Below are positions 51,800 through 64,000 of a stretch of 64,000 nucleotides of DNA, in pieces; the stretch's first letter is position 1; every line of letters begins with the position of its first letter. The stretch lies in the NCBI GenBank assembly GCA_002633005.1, contig NMRA01000011.1:904855-968854 (forward strand), read 5' to 3'. Origin of the DNA: Phoronis australis (taxonomy: Eukaryota > Animalia > Phoronida). The notes beneath the pieces are model-generated. The model worked only from the letters and a program-made list of their open reading frames with translations. It was not told the DNA's origin and searched no databases. The position numbers were made by a program, and so were the translations under genes.

Positions 51800-53820
51800 G
51801 GACAAACAAACAGTAATGTGGACAGCAGGGCTTCACAAATGTGGCAAAGCCTCAGCAACATCTAAGTAAAAGTCAACCCCATTTTCGCTAATCATTACCA
51901 CACAAAAACAAACTTGGCCTTGTTTTGCTTTTATTCTTGGTCACATTTTACAACTGAGAAACCATCGACTTCATGAACTGACTAACACAATAGGTTCATT
52001 AATGTACAATAAAACAATAATATTAATATTAATAATAATAATAGTAGTACAGTAAGACAAGAACACTGTACAGCACAGTGGACCATATATTATTATCGAG
52101 ACTAATCCACTGTCCACAAGAACTCAAGTTTGAAACGGCCCATGAAACAAAGACTGTCAAAACAGAGGACAGCAGGATAAATGCAATTCAGTCCAGACTG
52201 CTGGTCTTGGTACCAGACAGAAGGTTCATTAAACTGCCGTCACAAAACAAAGAAACAAACATACAGAGATTAACAGAAATACTCCAGATTTCAGGAACTG
52301 AAAAAATGAAACTGAAAGCTGTACTATAATACAATAACAATCCTGTGGAGAATCTTTTCTACCCCTCACTGGCAGAGGGAAAACAGATGCATAATGCCTC
52401 CAAGCAGTAAAATTTTCTGTTAAAAGTACGCAGCTAACGACACACTTTCATTTAAAAATGTACATCTAATGGTCGCATGGCTGCAAATTCTGAAACTTCT
52501 TGGAAACCGGGTTAACAGTCCTGATTGTTCACATGTAACCATAAGCAATGTTTCTTATTGTTCTTATTGATAAACCTACTCGCTTTAGATAAACAAAATA
52601 AAATGCTATTGTCAGTAATGACGTCATTATGCCTACTTTGCTCAGATTACAGACCAAGGTTTCAGCAGATAATTCTTATTACAATTGGATAATGGGTTTC
52701 TTCATTCCATTTTAAGTTTAGACTTTGACAGGTCTTCTCGTTTCTTAACTATTTAGAGTAAGGCAAATCAAGCACTGATACTTGTAAAACTTAAAAGGCA
52801 GTCATTCATTAGTGCAGAAAAAGTAGACAATAATGCACCAAAAAAGGTCACTTAATAATTAAAATAAGATGCAAGTCAAAAATCAAAAAAGGTATCTTAA
52901 CATGCAGGTTTCTAAACATTTCCAAAATAAAGTCTTACAATTAAATTGTGTTGAGCTGAGCTGAGTAACTTTAAAGCACCTAACTATACCCGCGAGTGAC
53001 CATTAATTGTCTCAAACTGTTGCCATATTTTCATCTTTACTATTGTACAGGACAACTCACCAACACATACTTCACCTAGGAATAGTAAATACCACTAAAC
53101 CAAATGGGCAAGCCTTGCAGGAATAAGAGTTTTACATCTTTTTGTATACAACCAGTCAATTATTTCAGCATCCTAGAAATTCAACTGGCATTGGAAGAAC
53201 CGCTTTCATATTCAATTGGCTGCAAAATTTTAAGCTATCTCTGAGACTTCAACTCAAAATCCCGTCGAGGCAGAAGCGCTTTAAAATTACTCACTCTTTA
53301 TAATTCCCAGTGAGCCTTTATTCCATGGCATTTGAACCTTAACACAAGGCAATAATGTCAGAGTTGAGTTTTTGAAATGTTGATTAGTTGAAATGAATCT
53401 TTCAAAAATGCTTTTGATGAAACCTTGCACAGTACAAGCAATAGTGCTTCTTCCAAACTCCATAAAAGTGCCCTTTTCAATATAGGCTAAGCATAACTAA
53501 GGAATCCTTTGCACAAAGCCTGGCCGATAATTGAGAAATTAGGAAATAAACTCTTTGCAGTTTTAGGATTAAGCAACGTAAAAGGTTTGACAGGAAAGTC
53601 AGGTGGAGTGGTAAAATTATTGCACCATAAACAGCACATGAAATTTGCTAGGTAACAGTCATCATTGCAGGCTGAATGACAGTGATGGATTACACGACGG
53701 CCTCCTACACCAAACAAATCACAGTCATAAGTACTTCCAGTGAGGAGAGGGGACACAGGGACAAAACTTTACAGAAAGCAGGAGTGAATGGAGAGGATGC
53801 GAGACGAGCCAGGTTCTACT

Positions 53821-63965
<10,145 letters not shown>

Positions 63966-64000
63966 CTAGATGACACATCAAAAGCTGTCAGTATGTCAAA

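Overview
AT-rich, intron-rich animal genomic DNA. An invertebrate deuterostome is inferred from exon structure and repeat content, not proven. The assembly is a heterozygous draft with two N-gaps and several single-N joins. Three spliced genes were reconstructed by hand with GT-AG boundaries and consistent intron phases. (1) A + strand gene (1903-8891, 8 coding exons, 667 aa) encodes about 19 LRRs followed by an acidic tail. The tail ends in a near-consensus PRMT5-binding motif (GQFSDAE) and resembles COPR5 at several collinear blocks. This candidate LRR-type PRMT5 substrate adaptor is the most interesting item. (2) A complete - strand IRSp53/IRTKS (BAIAP2-family) gene (47652-13476): I-BAR, SH3, Pro-rich region, WH2-like tail, plus a candidate cassette exon. 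(3) The 3' half of USP7 on the - strand (63965-53821); one exon appears twice, most likely an assembly artefact. Non-coding DNA includes a cluster of miniature LTR elements with tRNA-like LTRs (279-1232), several MITEs including a ~1 kb foldback, tRNA-type SINEs, a LINE endonuclease fragment and many minisatellites.
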